A stretch of DNA of 64,000 bases from an uncultured virus (IMG/VR IMGVR_UViG_3300047319_000709) (Duplodnaviria; Heunggongvirae; Uroviricota; Caudoviricetes), in the IMG/VR virus record IMGVR_UViG_3300047319_000709; one strand, 5' to 3'. The notes beneath the pieces are model-generated. The model did no database searches. It saw nothing but the letters and a program-made list of their open reading frames with translations, and was not told the origin of the DNA. This document shows, in pieces, positions 61,355 to 64,000 of the stretch. A program made the position numbers and the translations under genes. How positions within the stretch are numbered: the stretch's first letter is position 1; every line of letters begins with the position of its first letter.

Positions 61355-61371
61355 ACTTCCTCCATGAGTGG

Positions 61372-62001
61372 TCACTTCCTGCCCCAGCCCAAAGCCGCCG
61401 GCCGCCCATACCCTTGGTACTTGATCTTAAGCCAATCCCTCGATCTTCCGCGCTGATACGTTGAGTCCATCCGCTTGGCGATCATCCCTTCAAGGCCAAG
61501 TTCTTTGACGTGCTCAAAGACAAGCTTTCCTTCGTCCTCAATCCCGCTCGCGTAGATCAGCATATTCGAATTGTCGAACGATTTGCGAAGATGGAGTTTG
61601 CGCTCGGTGAGAGGCAGGGAGCGAATGTCGGCGCCGTCAATCGATAGCGCATCGAATACATAGAGCCGGGCCGGATCAGACTTCGCCGCGGCGCGGACAT
61701 TCTTCGGCGTCTTCGTGACCGCGCGCTGTCGGAGCCTCTCGAAGTCGGATCGCCCGGTGTCATCGTCGACCGTCAACTCGGCGTCCCACACGAAGTCGCC
61801 GGGCACATTTTCGACCGCCTGCGCGACCTCAGGAAAAGATCCGTTGAACATGTTGCCGTTGCGGCTCAAAAGTTTCACCTGCTCGCCTTCCTTCACGACC
61901 AGGCAGCGGAAGCCGTCGTACTTGAGTTCAAACAGCCAGTCAGGATCGGAGAATGGTCGCGGGTGCAGAGTCGCCAGCATCAAATCCGAGGCGTCAATCA
62001 C
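61372..62001 (-). CDS. ATP-dependent DNA ligase, adenylation domain only
   Basis: ELKYDGFR, SRNG, DAEL, YVFD, EG.IAK...S.Y..GRS..WLKIK; no OB domain. Confidence 0.88.
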   Translation of the reverse strand: MIDASDLMLATLHPRPFSDPDWLFELKYDGFRCLVVKEGEQVKLLSRNGNMFNGSFPEVAQAVENVPGDFVWDAELTVDDDTGRSDFERLRQRAVTKTPKNVRAAAKSDPARLYVFDALSIDGADIRSLPLTERKLHLRKSFDNSNMLIYASGIEDEGKLVFEHVKELGLEGMIAKRMDSTYQRGRSRDWLKIKYQGYGRPAALGWGRK

Positions 62002-62182
62002 GGTAGCGAGACGTCCAGGCCCACGCGAGCGCCAGCTTGGCCCATGCATCATCCTTCGGGCAGCCGGTCACGTCACACAGATGGGCAAAGTCCTCGTCAA
62101 GGGTATGCCCGTGCTCGTTCCGCTTGGTCCGGTCGGGCAGGACGACTTCCAGAATCGCTTCAGGGTTGCGGTACTCGAACAT
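61994..62182 (-). CDS. hypothetical protein
   Basis: GGAGG RBS. Confidence 0.55.
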   Translation of the reverse strand: MFEYRNPEAILEVVLPDRTKRNEHGHTLDEDFAHLCDVTGCPKDDAWAKLALAWAWTSRYRD

Positions 62183-62186
62183 GGCG

Positions 62187-62399
62187 TCACCTCCTCGTTC
62201 GCGGACCAGCATGAATCGGGCCTTCGTCGTCGGCGCCGATCGCGCGAACCCAGTGCACGCACCCGCGATCCGGCATCGCCTGCACATACGGCCTGCCTTC
62301 GTGCATGCAAAGGATGACTGAACCGCCCGCGCGCCATTCCGTGAAGTGTTCGCAGCCGATGCAGTGGCGATCCGTACCTTGTTCGTTGAAGAGGCCCAT
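62187..62399 (-). CDS. small Cys-rich protein
   Basis: CIGCEH...C...GC.HW.R.IGADD. Confidence 0.6.
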   Translation of the reverse strand: MGLFNEQGTDRHCIGCEHFTEWRAGGSVILCMHEGRPYVQAMPDRGCVHWVRAIGADDEGPIHAGPRTRR

Positions 62400-62416
62400 C
62401 GGACCATTCTAGCTTC

Positions 62417-62941
62417 CTACGACGCCTCGCTCATCATTTTGCCGATCGCCTTAGGGACTAGGATGTTGTACTTCGGCATGAATTTGGCGATGTACTGGGT
62501 TTCAAGTCGCGTCAGGTCTTTCGGCCTGCACTCAATGATGTGGTAGGAGTCGAATTTCTTACTGCGCTCTGCGAAGTGCGTCCCTATCCGTCCATGGCAG
62601 TTTGTCGACTGCCCCACATACACCACGCGCCCTTCGCTCATTAGCAGATAGACGCCACACAACTGCCGGATGGGCTGCGCAATGACATTAAGTTCGGCCT
62701 CAGAAAGCAGGTCCTTTTCCTCGACAAACGCTGCCGATCTAACAAACCGCTTCGCAACATCTCCTTTTTTGAATATCCCGTTGGTGATGTTCTTCTCGGT
62801 GACGAAAGCGATAGCCGATTCCCGATCGCTTCCCAGACTCTTCATCCGGCCGGTACGGGGATCGCGATAGTGGTATCGGTCTGCCGTTGCATTTACGAAC
62901 AGGTTTGGAGGCAAGATCTTTCTCAGTTCTTCGATCGTCAT
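62417..62941 (-). CDS. lambda-Int arm-binding-like domain fused to a GIY-YIG nuclease
   Basis: LPPNL...YRDPRTG...LG.DR..AI; CGVYLL....VVYVGQS....RI..H...E..YI....PKYN. Confidence 0.75.
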   Translation of the reverse strand: MTIEELRKILPPNLFVNATADRYHYRDPRTGRMKSLGSDRESAIAFVTEKNITNGIFKKGDVAKRFVRSAAFVEEKDLLSEAELNVIAQPIRQLCGVYLLMSEGRVVYVGQSTNCHGRIGTHFAERSKKFDSYHIIECRPKDLTRLETQYIAKFMPKYNILVPKAIGKMMSEAS

Positions 62942-63000
62942 AACACTCGTGATATTGTTTTTTGAGCAAATCCGCCGCGGCGGCGACGTTCAAATTCAAG

Positions 63001-63257
63001 GCGTAGGTTAAAGCGTAGGTTCCGTGACCGAGGCCCGTCACATATACACTCTGCACATCCATCATCAAATTACTGCAAGGTTTTTCGGAAGTCTCGCAAA
63101 CCTACGCCAGTATTGAGTTGTCGGCCTGAAAGCCTTTGCTGTAGAGGCTAACTACGATTCTACCTCAAATAATAATGGGCTCCTGATCTGACATGAGCCA
63201 TCGACAAAGATAGTGTGTCGGCGTAGGATTTCGCATCCTCCTACGCCAAACCTACGC
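63001..63257. other. attP-like region with integrase arm-type repeats
   Basis: Six CCTACGC/GCGTAGG copies (63001, 63013, 63101, 63221, 63240, 63251) in an AT-richer intergenic region upstream of int. Confidence 0.65.
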
Positions 63258-63260
63258 TAG

Positions 63261-64000
63261 ATGGCCTTTGACGCCCGCAAAATAAAGCTCATGGCGCCCG
63301 GAACGCACGTCAATATCGACGGCTTCCCAGGCCTCCGAATCGAGGCTACGACGGCCAAACGAAGCTGGACATACCGCTACAAGTCGCCCATTGACGGGCG
63401 CATGAAACAGACAAAGCTTGGCGAATGGCCTGCGATGACCTACGCCTCCGCTATCGCAGCGTGGGAAGCAGCACGAACTACGCGCAGCTCCGGCGTAGAT
63501 ATTTCCGCCGAAAAGCGTAGGAAAAGACGGGGCGAATCTGAGGTCAAGCCGCCATACAACGTCCGTGCTCTATGCGAGGACTATATTGCGGGGCACATCG
63601 AACGGCACCGCGGGCCTACAGCCAGCGCGAACGCCATGCGCCTCATTCGGCGAGGCATCAAACCCATCGCCGATCTCGCTCCAGACTCGATTACCCGCCA
63701 GCAGGCCTACGCACTGATAAGCGGCATGAGCGAATCCCCGACAATGGCTCTGCGGCTCCGGAGCGAACTTGGCGCTGCCTGGGATTTCGCTATGGACGCC
63801 GACAAGTTAGCCAGTTCCACGCCAAACTGGTGGCGCCAGATTATGCAGGGACGCATCAAGACAACTGGCCGCCTCCGCGCCGGCGAACGCACGAAAGAAA
63901 AGCGGGTGCTGAGCGACGACGAATTGGCAGAACTTCTTGTTTGGCTCCCGCACTCTCCGCAACTACTGCAGGACGCGATCTCGCTCTACCTGTGGACCGG
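63261..64000 (+). CDS. int: tyrosine integrase with arm-binding (DUF4102/P4-like) N-terminus, truncated by the window edge
   Basis: Translated by eye: MAFDARKIK...GLRIEAT..KRSWTYRYKSPIDGRMKQTKLGEWP...RVLSDDEL...LWTG. Confidence 0.88.
   Translation, partial: MAFDARKIKLMAPGTHVNIDGFPGLRIEATTAKRSWTYRYKSPIDGRMKQTKLGEWPAMTYASAIAAWEAARTTRSSGVDISAEKRRKRRGESEVKPPYNVRALCEDYIAGHIERHRGPTASANAMRLIRRGIKPIADLAPDSITRQQAYALISGMSESPTMALRLRSELGAAWDFAMDADKLASSTPNWWRQIMQGRIKTTGRLRAGERTKEKRVLSDDELAELLVWLPHSPQLLQDAISLYLWT

Noticed and set aside
62739..63068. 109-aa ORF across the att region
   Set aside because: Overlaps the arm repeats and the better-supported 62417-62941 gene; no motifs

Overview
The whole window is one temperate, contractile-tailed (myovirus-type) phage with lambdoid gene order. 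No host housekeeping genes are visible. The high GC and gene content suggest a Burkholderiales host (inference). From left to right: an early leftward operon (PAPS-reductase-family protein, HNH, YqaJ exonuclease plus partner, many small ORFs) with an unusually long, stem-rich non-coding leader; a cI/cro switch with shared operators; an O-like initiator plus T7gp4/Twinkle-like primase-helicase; a nin region; a Q-like antiterminator, GIY-YIG homing endonuclease and NinI-like phosphatase; a late promoter followed by tRNA-like genes and a structured RNA; terminase, portal, head, tail and baseplate genes; an opposite-strand surface-modification moron; the lysis cassette; an ATP-dependent ligase; an attP-like region; and the 5' part of a tyrosine integrase. 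The most unusual signals are: (1) three tail-fibre/tailspike-like late proteins that all carry classical Sec signal peptides cleaving before Gln; (2) a prohead protease/scaffold polyprotein carrying ADP-ribosyltransferase and Nudix domains flanked by [KR]AD motifs; (3) a lambda-Int arm-binding domain fused to a GIY-YIG nuclease beside attP; (4) several structured RNAs, namely back-to-back domains in the pL leader, a tRNA-linked RNA, and two covarying three-way-junction/pseudoknot motifs in the structural operon. All family calls are by eye from motifs and synteny; no searches were run.
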